Shown piece after piece: positions 11,201 through 24,080 of a stretch of 64,000 nucleotides of DNA. Both the position numbers and the translations under genes were made by a program. Below the pieces are notes generated by a model that saw only the letters and a program-made list of their open reading frames with translations, did no database searches and was not told the origin of the DNA. The first letter of the stretch is position 1; every line of letters begins with the position of its first letter. The DNA is taken from assembly GCF_009914755.1 (NCBI RefSeq), contig NC_060942.1; one strand, 5' to 3'. This DNA comes from the human T2T-CHM13v2.0 reference genome, Homo sapiens.

Positions 11201-13734
11201 TATTTCATGTAAGTAAAAATAAACACAAATAGGAACACAAATATATTATATTTGTGTTATATATATATAACACAAATATAACATATAAATGTTAGCATTA
11301 TGTACCAAGTATATAATCAAGTAAAGAAAACACAAATATGTTTTAAAAACATATAAACAAATGCAACTACATACAAATTAAAGTATAAGTAATTGATTTT
11401 GGGACCCCCATGGGTTTCTTGCATTTTTGTATGCCCTGCAAGAGAGACAACGATTGTCCTTTTTGATAAACTATCTTTCCAAGGATGTTTGTAAAGCAAA
11501 CAACCTTGGAAGATAAGAGATAGGGTCTCCTTCCATAGGAGGAAGGGAAAGTATACTTTTTCCAAAGGGAAAGCATACTTACTGTCTTAATATTATTAAA
11601 AAAAAACCTGATTCTCTAAGCTCACGGTTCTTTTCCTATAATAATACAACCCTCTTCACGTCATGCTGTAGGAATTGGGATTCAGAAACTGGCACAAAAA
11701 TAGTAATACAGTAATTCCCCCTCTCGTGCAGGGGATACATCCCAAGTTCCCCAGTGGATGCCTGAAACCGTGGATAGTACCAAACCCTAATGTAATATGT
11801 ACTGTGTTTTTTCTATCTGATAACTGAGATGGTTACTGTGTGACTAACAGGCAGGTTGTGTCTAGAACATGGATATGGATACGGATATGGACAAAGAGAT
11901 GATTCACCTCTTGAGCAGGACTGAGCGGGATGGTGTGAGATTTCATCACGCTACTCAAAACGGCACACAATTCAAAACTAATGAATTGTTTATTTCTAAA
12001 ATTTTCCATTTAATATTTTTGGATGGTGGTTGACTGTAGGTAACTAAAGCTGTGGAAAATGAAATTGCAGATAAGGGGGAGACTACTGTATTCTGGATCC
12101 TGCAACTGTTGTAATAAACTGTCTTTGATCTGTAACCCAGGAGTCTTACCCCTCCTACCAGCATCTACAAAATTCTGACAAATTCACTATTATCTTGTCC
12201 TAAGAATGAAATCTCAGGTTCTTTATAGTTCTTGACAACTGCACTTTTAAGTTTTGAAAGTTTTATACAAGTACATAAATATGTGAATAAATTATAACTA
12301 AATATAAACAAAAAGTAATTTGTAATTTGATATTTACCTGGAAAGATAGCAACTTAGATTTAAAAAATCAGAAAGAATATAGAAACTTAATAATGTTTCT
12401 TAAACACATGTAAATGCTTATAAACATCTATGTTGACTCTCATTAGTTATGGTAGTTACGTTCTACAAAGCTATCATGAACATTGAATACAAAACCATTG
12501 CTCCTAGAAGAAATACAGGGTTAGGTTCCTGAGAGCATCTGAACTTTTGTTTTGTGTGTGTTTCTGTTTAAACACACATTACTTAATACATATTTTTTTT
12601 TACAAATGATTATTTGCATGGTCTTTGAATGACTCAAACCAGGGGACTTGGAGGCCGTATGTGTTCTGTAAGGTTTTTTGCCAATATTCTTGTTTAACAA
12701 GCCAATCTCATTGACATTGAAAACCACTCTTCCACACAACCCCTTTCCTGTACAACACTTAACAGGTATTTTTAAAATTCTTCGGAAGACCCCTGATCAG
12801 CAGAACCTGCATTGCATGCAGGTTTAACATGTTTCATGCCATGTCGCCTTTTGAAATGTGCAAGTCAGCCAGCACTAGCTGATATAACCTTAATATTTTC
12901 CTAACCCAGGGTAACATGACTTTGGCTTTCCTCAACAATGCTGTCAACTATGCTTTATTGATCGTCATTTCATGAACCCACCAATGTAGCTGCTTTCTCA
13001 TCTCTTACATAGCTTCAAGACTATAAATGCTTTCTGTACTTTCTGAAGCAGCTTTGTGCACATATTGGCAAATTTCCTTCTTTTTCTGGTTGTACCATAA
13101 TTCTGATGCATAACATTGAACTTACAGCCAACAGCATTGTAACTCAGATAACCAGCAAAGTTTATCTGCCTTGTATTTTCTCCATAAAGCACGACATAGT
13201 CTTCTCACAGAACACTAAACAGCACCTCAGCACTATGCTTGGGGACCATTTTAAAAAGCAAAATCACCAAAAAGTACAAAAATTAGAAAAATGTGACACT
13301 AAACAGACCACGAAAAGGACACCTGTTTACAGTATTAAAGCTGAAAAGGGCTCCTTCAGCCTCAGCTAGAAATACATGCATTGAGTGACAGTTTTTCACT
13401 GCTCTGTACGTATTCTTGAATAATCACAAATGCACTGTGAGTAGTGACTTTTAAGTTACAAATGAATTTTATTAAGTAGGTGAAATTCAAACATAAAATC
13501 CGCTAATAAGGATTAACTGTATGTGCATAATTTAAACTTCATCCATAAATTTAACCACACCATTTGATTTTACCAGAATCAGGCTCTACCCCACTCCTGA
13601 CTCTGCCCACTACCCACCCAGTACCTCTGGTAATAGGTGTCTGAGCGTCCACAGGTGGCCCCTGACTTGCGAAAGACTTCGCGGCGCTTCCAGCCAGGGC
13701 CCAGGGCCGGGCAGTCCAGCCAGTCCTCAGCCAT
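5243..13734 (-). CDS. MBD1: Methyl-CpG-binding domain protein 1 (MBD domain, three CXXC fingers, TRD), 605 aa
   Basis: Coding exons with GT-AG sites: 13625-13734, 10832-10946, 10574-10740, 10404-10486, 10120-10160, 9577-9723, 9342-9470, 8871-8987, 8719-8787, 7928-8095, 7306-7605, 7076-7213, 6566-6697, 6419-6480, 5243-5282. Total 1818 nt = 605 aa + stop; MAEDWLDCPALGPGWKRREV...WLPRSKDLKKPGARKQ. Confidence 0.97.
6283..6351 (-). pseudogene. CFAP53 exon-1 relic in the last coding intron of MBD1
   Basis: Reads KYSRQFGMVWWEVKAHT versus MYSQRFGTVQREVKGPT; ATG changed to AAG and donor lost. Confidence 0.7.
9112..9186 (-). CDS. MBD1: MBD1 in-frame cassette exon (HLAHRLRRRHQRCQRRTPLAVAPPT)
   Basis: ccag acceptor, 75 nt, GTGAGT donor, phase 0/0. 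Confidence 0.75.
11708..12090. mobile_element. MER2 (Tigger-family DNA transposon) nested in an old LTR (approx. 11380-12240)
   Basis: Inverted termini TACAGTAATTCCCCC / GGGGGAGACTACTGTA with TA flanks; MER2-like interior. Confidence 0.75.
12430..13522 (-). mobile_element. TcMar-Tigger DNA transposon remnant (MER82-like)
   Basis: Termini GTTGACTCTCATTAG / AATAAGGATTAACTGTA. Degenerate transposase peptide VFNVNEIGL..K.IGKKPY resembles the Tigger VFNADETGLF motif. Confidence 0.65.
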
Positions 13735-15049
13735 GGAGGCCACAGGAAGCAGCAGTAGCCTGAAAGGGGGTGGAAGGGATGAGGGAAACTGAGGCTCTAG
13801 GAAGGGACAACACTGTGCCCCAGGCCACACAAATCACTGGTATCCATTAGTGCTTGCCCAAGCCCTAGGACCTGCCACAGGCAACCAGCCCATATATGGA
13901 AAAGAAACCCCTCATATTCTCACCCCATTCTTTCCTATTCTGGGCCTAGGATATCATCATTCCTCAACCCAAGGATCCCTGTTTCTTATTCTCAGTGTCC
14001 TAATCCCCTACTCCTCTCTATCCTCAGACTGACAACCCATCATTTCTCCTCACTGCCAATCCAGAAACTTTTCATCCTTCCCCCTCATTCCTCCCTGTCA
14101 CTGACCTAAGGGCCTCTATCCCTCTATTTTATCACCCCAAGACCCCCATAGTCCCCATCCTCAGCCCCAAAGGGCCCCATTTCTCTTGCCCTCACTACTT
14201 GACTTCAGTAGTCTCTCATTCCCCCCTTCCTTGACCCAGGAGTTCCTAATTTCCCTCCTTCAGTGTTTTAACCACTCCATTCCTTCTCTGCCTGATGTCC
14301 TCTTATCCTGCTACCTCAGTGTTACAACTTCGACTTCCTCTGCGAGACACAACTGCTCCAACCCATAGCCTGAACAGCCCCTCATCTTTTCCATTCCTCA
14401 CACTGGAAGCCTCCCATGCCTCCCCTTCCTCAGCCCAAGACCTCCCCCCTTATTTTTCTTCTCCTTCAATGTTCTCACCCACAATTTCTCCCTAGTCTGA
14501 GCTCCCAAACCTTCCTCTACAGCCAAAAAGTTCCCCACTTCTCCTCCTTACTGTTCTCATCCTCCATTCCTCCCTTATCATCCAGAGAGACCCTAATTTC
14601 TCCCCTCAGCATTCCGAACCCTCCTCCATTCTCTCTGTTCTTGTCCCGGGATCATGCCATCCCTAACTGTCACCATTCTGATCCCCTACTGCTCCTCGTC
14701 CTCTATATGGGGCCTCCTATTCCTCCCTTTCAGCATTCCAAAGCCTCTATTTCTCCTGTCATCAGCCTGAGGGCCCCTCATTTCTCCCTCTCAGAGTTCT
14801 GAACCCCCATTTCTCTCTCAACTTCAGATGCCCCGATGTCTCCCTTTAGCGTTCTGATCTCCACCATTCCTCTCCGTCCTCGTCCCAGGATCCCGACACT
14901 CCTACCTGTCAGAGTTCAGAGCTGCATTCCTTCCCGTCCTCAGCCTAAATCCCCCCATTTCTCCTCGTCAGTATTCCGACGCCGCCATTCCTCCCCCTTA
15001 TCGGCCTGAGGGCCCTTCATTCCTCCCCGTCAGCGTTCTGAGCCACAAT

Positions 15050-16060
15050 TCCTTCCCATCCTCCGCCTGAGCGCTCTCCACGTCCAGCCCCAAGGCTGTC
15101 TCACCAGTTTGGCACCAGGCCGGTATCTTCCGCCACTCTAGGCCCGTGGACCCATGGCGAGGGTCCCTCCTGCACCTCCCGCCTCGCCCTCCTCCCCTTC
15201 CTCCTCCTCCGCGGCCGCCTCCTCTGAAGCGGTAGCTGTCGCCTCCGCGGCTGTTCGTTGCTCCCGGAACCGGAAGTCCGCTGCCTGCCTCTCGGGCTCC
15301 GCCTCTGGCTAAGCACCTGCGCACTATTGCCTCGATGTCGCGTGCCCTTAATAGGGAGGCTCCCGCGCCTACGGGCCGGCGCTCCGCAGCGGTGCGCGCG
15401 CCCCCCTGCCGAGAGCCAGTTGCATCTGCGTGCTGACGTTCAACGACAGCTAACCCCTTCGAGGGACTGGCAGTTGCGGCTCTCCTCGCTGCCCATCTAG
15501 CTGGCGCATGCGCTTTCCAGCCTCAACCTGAAGGGAAGCGGTCGGGGAGGGCTTGCGCCTGCGCCCTCCCTTCCCTCCCGCGGTCTCCACAGCCGATACC
15601 GAACGCGGCAAGGAAGCTGCTTCGCGCCTGCGCACTCCCTGGCCCTGCCGGCGCTCTCCTCTCCCACCTCTCGCTGGGGTCTATCCTGTGTTCGTGGGTC
15701 CCTCCGAACATCAACCCCGGGGGGGTCGTGTCCCGCTCCCTCCTCCCCGCCGAACAGCTGTGGGAGCGCGCGGGGCGGGGAAAGGGGCGGTGCCACACCG
15801 CAGGTAAACTGAGGCACGCGGGAGGGCGCGCCCCTGCAGGAGGCGGATCCTCAACGTGGGGCTTGTGGGGAAAAGGCGGGGCCTGGCGTCCACAGCGGAC
15901 GACAGCTCTGGGTGGGAGACAGGAGCATGCATGGGCGGTGTCACCACACTGAAGGCGCGCTGCGTAGACCCTCTGCCCGTGGGAGGCTGGGAATGTGGGT
16001 CCCTGGGCTCTCGCGGGGTGCAGGCGCCCCCCATCTTATCCAGAAGTCTGGAACAGTTGC
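15050..16060. promoter_or_regulatory. MBD1 CpG-island promoter
   Basis: CpG dense; tandem ETS CCGGAACCGGAAGT near 15264; NRF1 palindrome GCGCATGCGC at 15504-15513; GC boxes. Confidence 0.85.
15105..15300 (-). other. MBD1: MBD1 non-coding exon 1 (5' end approximate)
   Basis: Donor AAACTG|GTGAGA at 15105/15104; exon 2 acceptor at 13759; lies in a CpG island. Confidence 0.8.
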
Positions 16061-16102
16061 AACCGCAGCAATGTGGAGACAGCTTCCTTGGTTTCTTCAA
16101 AA

Positions 16103-16108
16103 TTTTAT
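16103..16108 (-). terminator. CXXC1 AATAAA poly(A) signal
   Basis: TTTATT on the plus strand about 225 nt downstream of the CXXC1 stop. Confidence 0.8.
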
Positions 16109-16333
16109 TAACAAAACCCAGGGAGAGGAGGCAAGGATGAGTGGACTCCGCAGCCCCACCAGGCACTGAACATGTCGACGGGGACAGTCCCTCTGATAAA
16201 GGCAGATGGGCGGTCAACCGGTGGATGGGCACAGGGAGAACCGGAGAAACAGATGAGTGGAGGAACGGACACACGGGCACCGGGCGGCTCCCCCATCTGG
16301 AATGCAGGGTGTAAGGGGTCCGGGCCAGGAGGC

Positions 16334-19300
16334 TCAGCGGTCGGCACTGGAGCGCAGGTCGGTAGTGAGGGGATCGTGCTGGATCGTCTGGTGCAGCATC
16401 AGGGCCAGCAATCCCGCGCGGTTTGTCATGGCTGTGCGCACATTGCGCTCCTGCTCAAACAGCTCGTCCAGCTTGTACCACTGCCAAGGGAGCGGCAGGA
16501 GTCCTAAGCAGGAACACCTGCAGCCCCGCCTGCCCCGGCCACGTCCGACATGGAAACCTACCACATGCAGCACCAAAACCGCACAGAAACCTACCACACG
16601 CACGCGCTCCAAGTCCACTTCCGCACGCCGCAGCTTCTCCCAGCAGTAATGGCGATTGCACTGGCGCTTGGGCAGGCGGCAGAAGTCACCCGTGAGCTCA
16701 AAGACATCACGTACAAGGGGGCACCCGCATACCTCGTCAGCTGGCACCTGCAAGGAGGCCAGGTTGGGGGGATGAATAGCGGTGATAAGGGAGAATAGGA
16801 ATGGGGGCTCAAGGAGGGAGAAGGAAAAGAATGGAGGGTTCAGGGAACGGTGAGGAGGCATGGAAAAGGAGGAATGGAGGGTGAAGCAGCAGGGAAGCTG
16901 AGAGGAAAAAGTGAAGGAAAAGTGAGGTGAGGAAGGAAGGGATGAATGTGGGACAGCGAGGCAGGGAGGAGGGGCAAAATGGGAGGAGCTGAGGGAAAAC
17001 CTTACTTTGGGGTCCCGTGAGTGCTCGGGGCACAGCACCTGGAGCCGCTTACAGTATGTTTTGCTCTGAGGATTATACACATCACAGAAGAGTCGTGTGG
17101 CCCTGGGGATTTGGAGTAGAGAGGGCAGTAGAGGGAGGGAAGGGAGGTCCATCTGTCCTGGCTGGTTGCCCGTATCCTGCCCCAGCTCCACACACATCCC
17201 ACTTCTGACCCCCGCCTTAACCCCCCACCTCTCACTGCGTGTCACCCTCACTTACCCTTCAATGCGTGTGGGGTACATGGACCCAAAGGACGTCTGGCTC
17301 TCATACTGGAGGGATGAGCACAAATGGAGGGAACTGTGGATGTGCGCTGCATGCCCTCCCAAGACACCACCCAGACAACAAATCTGTCCCCCACTGGCCC
17401 ACTGATGTTCCCACATGGTCCGCCCCCTCAGTCTGACACCCCAACCTTGGCGTAGCAGCGCTCCATGTGGCGCAAGGCAACACGTGGGTTGATGGGGTGC
17501 CCACAGGAAACACAGAAGATCTGCAGGTCTGTGTCATCACTGTCACCCTCGTTGCTCTGCATGGAATGGAAGGAACAATAAGGCTGGGAAGGACAAAGTA
17601 CAGGCCCTGCTCTGCTGCGCCCCTGCTTGCTCACCTCCTCATCCTCGCGCACAGCCTGCTGCTTGGCACGTAGAATGATGGCCTCAAGCTCATGGAATCG
17701 GCGTTCCATTTCCTGAAGGCGGGTGCGGGCACTCTGCTGCTCTCGGCGAATGCGTTCGAGCAGCTTCTTGCCGTGCTCTTCAGCAATGCAAGGGCTCTGC
17801 TGCCACTGCTGGATGCGCTGGGGGAGGATCTCGTAGATGCGGCTGCAGGGAAGGTAGCAAGCAACAGAATGAGTGAGGTGATCAGTAAGTGAGAATGGCA
17901 AAATAGACGCAAATGGCAAAAGGAGAAGTAAATAGGTGACTGGCGGAATGGTGGCTGGATGGACACACGGGCAGGTGGGTGGGTAGGTGGATGGGTGAGT
18001 GGGTAGTGGCTGTTTGGTGACTGGTGGATAGCTGATTGACTGGTAGACATACAGAAGGCTGTGGTCAGGCCCTACCATGCACTTCCTGACTCCCTTGAAC
18101 CCCTCAGGAATGACTCACTTGGCTGCCAGCTTCATGCCACAGTCATCTGAGCAATACTTGGAGCTGGGCTGGGCGGGGCGCACACAGCCGGGCCCCAGGC
18201 ACTGGGGCAGTGACGCAGGGTCCTTGGCATCAGCCCTCTCTGGGTGTTTCCATTTATCCTTGTGCTTCTGCTTCTGCCGATGCCGCTTGTATCGCTCCTC
18301 CTTCTGTTGAGCAAGACAAGTCAGGTCAGGGTGGAGTCAAAGTCAGCCCCAGACCCCAGACCCTTGCTCCATTCTAGCCCTTTCTGGCTCTTGCCCCATT
18401 CAGCCTCTGACCTCTGCCTCTCCCTCAACCCCACCCTCTGCCTTTCCACATCCACTTTACCCTCTCCATCACCTTCTTCTCAGACTTCTTCTCCCGACGC
18501 TTCACATGCTTCACTTTCACTGCCCTCTTCCGCAGCGCGGGGTCCAGGAATGGGGACTCTTCTGTGTCGCTCATCCAGGGCTGCAAGCAGGGCATGCACT
18601 GACCCACCTGCCCCGCTCGTGACAACCCCACCACCTACTCATGTCCCATATCAGCCTTCCATACCCTCTGTCTCCTCATTAGGGATACTCTCTGCTTCTG
18701 TAACCTCCACCCTTCCACCAGTGGATGCTCCTGTCTGCTCACCAGGCCATGGTCATCAAAGGCCCCTGCACAGAAGTCCTGATACAGGTCAGGATCCAGA
18801 GGTAGGTCCTCATCTGAGAGTGGCTCAGGTGTGGCTGTAGCCTCAGGAGGCTCCTTGACTGTTGATGACGCCACTGCCCCCTCATCTTCACGGATGCGCC
18901 CTAACTTCTGTGATGGCTGTGGCTGCTGTTGGGTGGGCAGTGGCCGGCGGGGCCTTGGCAGGGACTCTGAGGGCGTCACTGGTGAGAGCTGCAGGGCAGA
19001 ATCTCAGGACTGGCCCTGACCGCCCTGCCCGCATGCCCCACCCCACCCTGGGGGGCTGGACTCACCGAGGAAGGGAAGTACTTGTACGATTCCTGTGCCG
19101 GCAGGAGGAAGGCCCAGGTCAGCCCCAGGTGGATGGAGGGCGGCCTTGCCCTAGCCCTACCCACCTGGCCTGGCCTTACCTCCCCAGACACACCTCCCCG
19201 CTACCCCTCATTGCCAGGAATGCTCAGCCCTGCCTGATCTGTACCGACATGCATGACCACCTGAAAACACCTGGCCCCACTCTGTCTACCCAGGGTTGGT

Positions 19301-21330
19301 GGGGGTGTTCTGCCAGCCCAGCATACCAGGTCATGCCCCATTCATCTGGACATGACAGGCCCCTTCCCACCTGTCAGGATACAGTCAGGCCCAATCCCAC
19401 CTGGTTTATCCATGCCTAGACTTAACTAACCATGCATGGACCCACCAGCTCTCCCACACCTGACCCTACCCAGCTCTGTCCATGCTCACCCGGGCCCGCA
19501 GCTGGCACTGGCGCAGCCGGCACTTCTGCCGGATCTTGTTGGGGCCCCCGAACTTCTTCATGTCCCGACAGAAATCACAGTGACCACAGTCCTCAGTGCG
19601 CCGACATGCCTCACACTCACCACACATGCGGGCTGACCGTTTGATCTGCTGCTGCTGCTGCTGGTGATGCTGCAGGAGGGGGCCCAGAACAGAAATCATG
19701 GACCCAGGCAGGGCTGAAACGGAACCACTTTACACATCCATTCACTTTATGCAGCCACTCACCTGGCTGGGTGTGGCCACCAAGGGCTGCGGAGAGGATT
19801 TGTGGGGCGAAGCAGAGCCCCGAGCAAGCATGGCCCCAACCCCTGTCCCTGACCCTGCCCGGCGCTGCAGGTCTGGATCAGGGACAGGCCTCTTGCGCCC
19901 TCCACCCTCATCCCGGGGCTCACTGCTGTCCCGCTCATTGCCATCCCGCTCCCGTGACTTCTTGTGCCGATAGCGAATCTCTAGCTTGGGGTCTTTCTCT
20001 GTGGGGCAGAGAGTAGGGCCAAAGTGAGTGAGCACTGGATGGCTTGAATGGTCCCAAAACCTCTTTCTTCCTCTTCGCTCCCTTACTGACCCACCCACCT
20101 ACTCTGCACCCCTGTCCAGGGCAGAGCTGCCTCTTCCCGTGGGATCTTCTATTACTCACAATGGAGCCCCATTCCAGCTCACCACAGACGTGTATCACTA
20201 ATCCCCATAACCCCCCCTTGTGGCTCCTCCTCCTCCCTTGAAGCCCCACCTGCCTTCCCTGTCCATCCATGGCCCTCACCTCTGCACTCCCGACAGTACC
20301 ACTCCCGGATGGCCTTGGCCATCTTCTCAGTGATCCGGATGCAGTCCCCATGGAACCACTCATTGCAGTTGTCACACCCGCTGCAGAGGATGGGGCAGGC
20401 GATGGAGATGTGAGGGGCGCGGCCCATCGGCCTCACCCCACCCTGCCAGTGTCAGCCCCGCCCATCTCTCCCGCGCTCACATCATGAAGCAGTTGATGTC
20501 CGGTTTGCGGCAGATGCAGTAGATGGGCGCATTCTCCCCATTCTCGGACTTGCTGTCCTCCCCGGCATCTGGAGGCTCTGGGTCTGAACCATCTCCCTCC
20601 TGCAGGACACCCCCATTACGGATCCTTAAGCAGCCCCCACCGTGGCGGCTCATCCCCCCATTACAACTCCACCGTGGTCAGCAGGGATCCCCACTCTGCC
20701 TGCAGATTTCACATCGGGGCCCCCAAAAAACCTCTCCATCACAGTCCCCACTGACCCCCATCCCTTCCTCTGACATCCTATTACTCTGCTCCATACTTCC
20801 CATCACGCACCCACCGACACCCGCTCCCTGCGTCCACACTCGCTAATGGGTCATGGCGACCCTCCATCGTGGCGCCTCACAGACCCCGCGTAACTCACTG
20901 CGGACTTCCCATCGCGGTTCTCCACGCACCCCTCCCTGTTTATCTCATAGACCCACCTGGCACCCGCACCCACCCCCAGTCGCGGCTGTCCACGGATACC
21001 CGGACACGGACTCCTCGTCACGGCTCACTACAGACCACTCAATGTGACTCCTTACAACCCGCTTATCCCTCTGCCCTAAGAACCCCCGATCATGGTTTCC
21101 CACGGAACTGCCACACGGAGTCCCCACTAAACTTCTATTAAGGAGCCCCCCACCGTGGCTCACCATAGAACTCCCAGATGGTTCATCATTCTGCCCATAG
21201 ACTCCCGCCGTTCAGTCCACAGACTCCGGTTATGGCTCACCACAGACCCCTGAGTCGGCCGACAGACCCCACTGTTGCCAACCGACCGACCTCCACCGCC
21301 GAACCCCTCCCTGGACCCGCTACTTACCAT
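16334..21330 (-). CDS. CXXC1: CXXC-type zinc finger protein 1 (CFP1; PHD and CXXC domains, SET1 complex subunit), 656 aa
   Basis: Coding exons: 21328-21330 (ATG only), 20481-20599, 20280-20380, 19763-19998, 19490-19669, 19066-19092, 18743-18988, 18473-18580 (alternative donor at 18461 adds VMER), 18119-18303, 17635-17842, 17446-17556, 17256-17305, 17006-17102, 16595-16747, 16334-16480. Total 1971 nt; [14 protein letters not shown]...[10 protein letters not shown]. Confidence 0.97.
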
Positions 21331-22060
21331 ATCTCCGCTCCCGGCGCACTCCCTCACGACCCCCGCCAGCGACCCGCGAACCTGCACAGACCACTCGGCG
21401 GCGTCCCAGGCGGTTGCAAAGGCGCCCACAACTACTTCCGCTTCTAGTCACGCCTCCCAGGCAGCGTACTCCTATTGCGCAGGCCCCATGCGTCGTCTCC
21501 GCTGCAAACCAGTAGGTGGCCGGCCTAGAGCCCCCAAGACCCCTCAGGCGCCGCCATCTTGCTTATCGTATCCGTATGGTGGCCGAATCCATATGTTCGC
21601 CGGGAACATGGCCGCGCTCCAATGTGGCTTTCCCGAGGGCGCCGCCACCTTGTCAGTAGAGTCCGTACGGCGGCTGCTTGTACGGCCTCGACGTACAGGC
21701 AACATGGCTGCACCTACTGCGTGACTTCCTCATAGATGCCGTCATCTTGGAATCCGATTCCGTACGTGGGTCGAATTCCGTACGTTCCTAGGCGACATAT
21801 GACGGCGACCTAATTGCGGATTCTTCACGGGCGCCGCCATCTTGGTGGTTGATTCCGTACATTGCCCGTTTGTCAGGCAGAGAGGTTCACAGGTAAAGTG
21901 ACCGCTTCCGAAGCACGACCTGGATCAAGTTGTATTCATTCCTCCATTCAGTCTCTTTCCCCTTCCACATGTATTAATGGGGCGTCGGCAGGCTGTGTGC
22001 CTTGCGGGGCGGAGGAAACCAGTTCCTCTGTCGTCTCCGACTTCACCTGCCACCACTCTT
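21331..22060. promoter_or_regulatory. CXXC1 CpG-island promoter with tandem YY1 motifs
   Basis: GCCGCCATCTTG at 21550 and 21833, variants at 21641 and 21738; CpG dense. Confidence 0.85.
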
Positions 22061-22381
22061 TCCGGCTTTTACTCCTCCCACTTGTCATTCTTCTGCCAGG
22101 CCTGGCACGGTTCGGCTTCTATTTATTTTATTTTTATTTAAAAACAATTCTTAAACTAATATCAAATCTTATTTTAGTTCTATAAGCTGCACAATAAGCC
22201 TAAACACAGTTTACTTATCCATTTCTTTATTGTTTAGCATTTAGAACATTTTCAAATATTATTCTAAATAAAGTTGCAACGAACATTCTTAAACATAGAT
22301 CTGTATGCTCATCCCTGATTATTTCTTGTGAAATGTGATATACAAATTTACAAATATACAAATGTGATATACCAGGTGTAA

Positions 22382-22899
<518 letters not shown>

Positions 22900-23289
22900 T
22901 GAATTGGTCCAAACTGCAATGACCACACAGTCCTGGAAACCAGCTATATTTCACTAGTGCTGCGTCTCCTGAACAACAACCAATGAACTATGGACTGATG
23001 CCAGCCAGCCGCCTCCACCAATAATAATTTCTTTAAAAGAACTTGTGTAATCACCCTTAGCTTCCTTTTTCTTTTTCTTAAAAACTCCTTCTCCCCTTCC
23101 TATCTTTGGAGTACAATTTGACTTCGAGCTGAATCTGTGTCTCCTGAATTGCAGTTCCTAATGCCCCAATAAACTCCTGCATTGCAGCTTGGTCTCTTGC
23201 CTCTTCTTAGTTGACTCTCCTTAGAGATAAAATTCTAAAAGTAGAATTACTTTGTAATTGGCTATAAATATTGTAAGACATGTTCAAAT

Positions 23290-23700
23290 TTATAGGAGGT
23301 CATTAGTTTGGACAGAGCTCCTGCTCTAGGCCCCACCAAAATGGAGTCACTCACGCTGAAGTTCCATGCCACCAAGCCAAAACTAAATTGTTCATCTGAC
23401 CTTCCAAGGAGAAAGAGACAGGATAATAGCCAAATCCCCATACAAGCCACTTTTAGCTTGAAAGTCCCCTTTGCTTTAACCTTTATAAAAAAGCAACCTG
23501 AAGCAATCTGATGTTAACCAATCAGCTTTAAAAAAAAAATTGTTCTTTTTCCTTGCTCCAACCTTACAAAATTCACTGCTCTGCTATTTCCCAGGAAAAG
23601 CTCTCGTTCTATTTTGTATAATGGGATCTGCCCCAATTCATGAATTGCAAGTAAAAGCCATTACATCTGTAACTAAATTTGTTGTAATTTTGTCTTTCAA
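23290..23700 (+). mobile_element. ERV1-type solo LTR remnant
   Basis: AAAATGGAGTCACTCACGCTG...CCAATCAGC...GTAAAAGCCATT...TTTTGTCTTT, similar to MER57/LTR54-type LTRs. Confidence 0.5.
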
Positions 23701-23781
23701 TGGTTGATACATATATTTCTACCAGCAGTGTATGAAGGTTCCTATATCAGAGCCTTATTAGGTTATTAGATTAGTGCGAAC

Positions 23782-24080
23782 TTTTGTTGTTGTTGTTGAG
23801 ACGGAGTCTCACTCTGTCACCTAGGCTGGAGTGGAGCGGGCAATCTCGGCTCACTGCAACCTCCGCCTCCTGGGTTCAAACAGTTCTCCTGCCTCAGCCT
23901 CCCGAGTAGCTGGGATTAGAGGCCCGTGCCACCACACCCAGCTAATTTTTGTATTTTTAGTAGAGATGGAGTTTCACCATGTTGGCCAGTCTGGTCTCTA
24001 ACTCCTGACTTCAAGAGATCCACCCCCACCTTCGGCTTCCCAAAGTGCTGAGATTACAGGCGTGAGCCCCTGCGCCCGGC
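23782..24080 (-). mobile_element. AluS
   Basis: Full Alu flanked by AGTGC(G/A)AACTT duplication. Confidence 0.85.

Noticed and set aside
16334-17251. 305-aa ORF as a single-exon gene
   Set aside because: It is CXXC1 exons 13-15 plus introns that happen to stay open in frame.
21547-21865. CRISPR-like repeat-spacer reading of the promoter repeat
   Set aside because: Eukaryotic context, degenerate repeats, related spacers and no cas genes.
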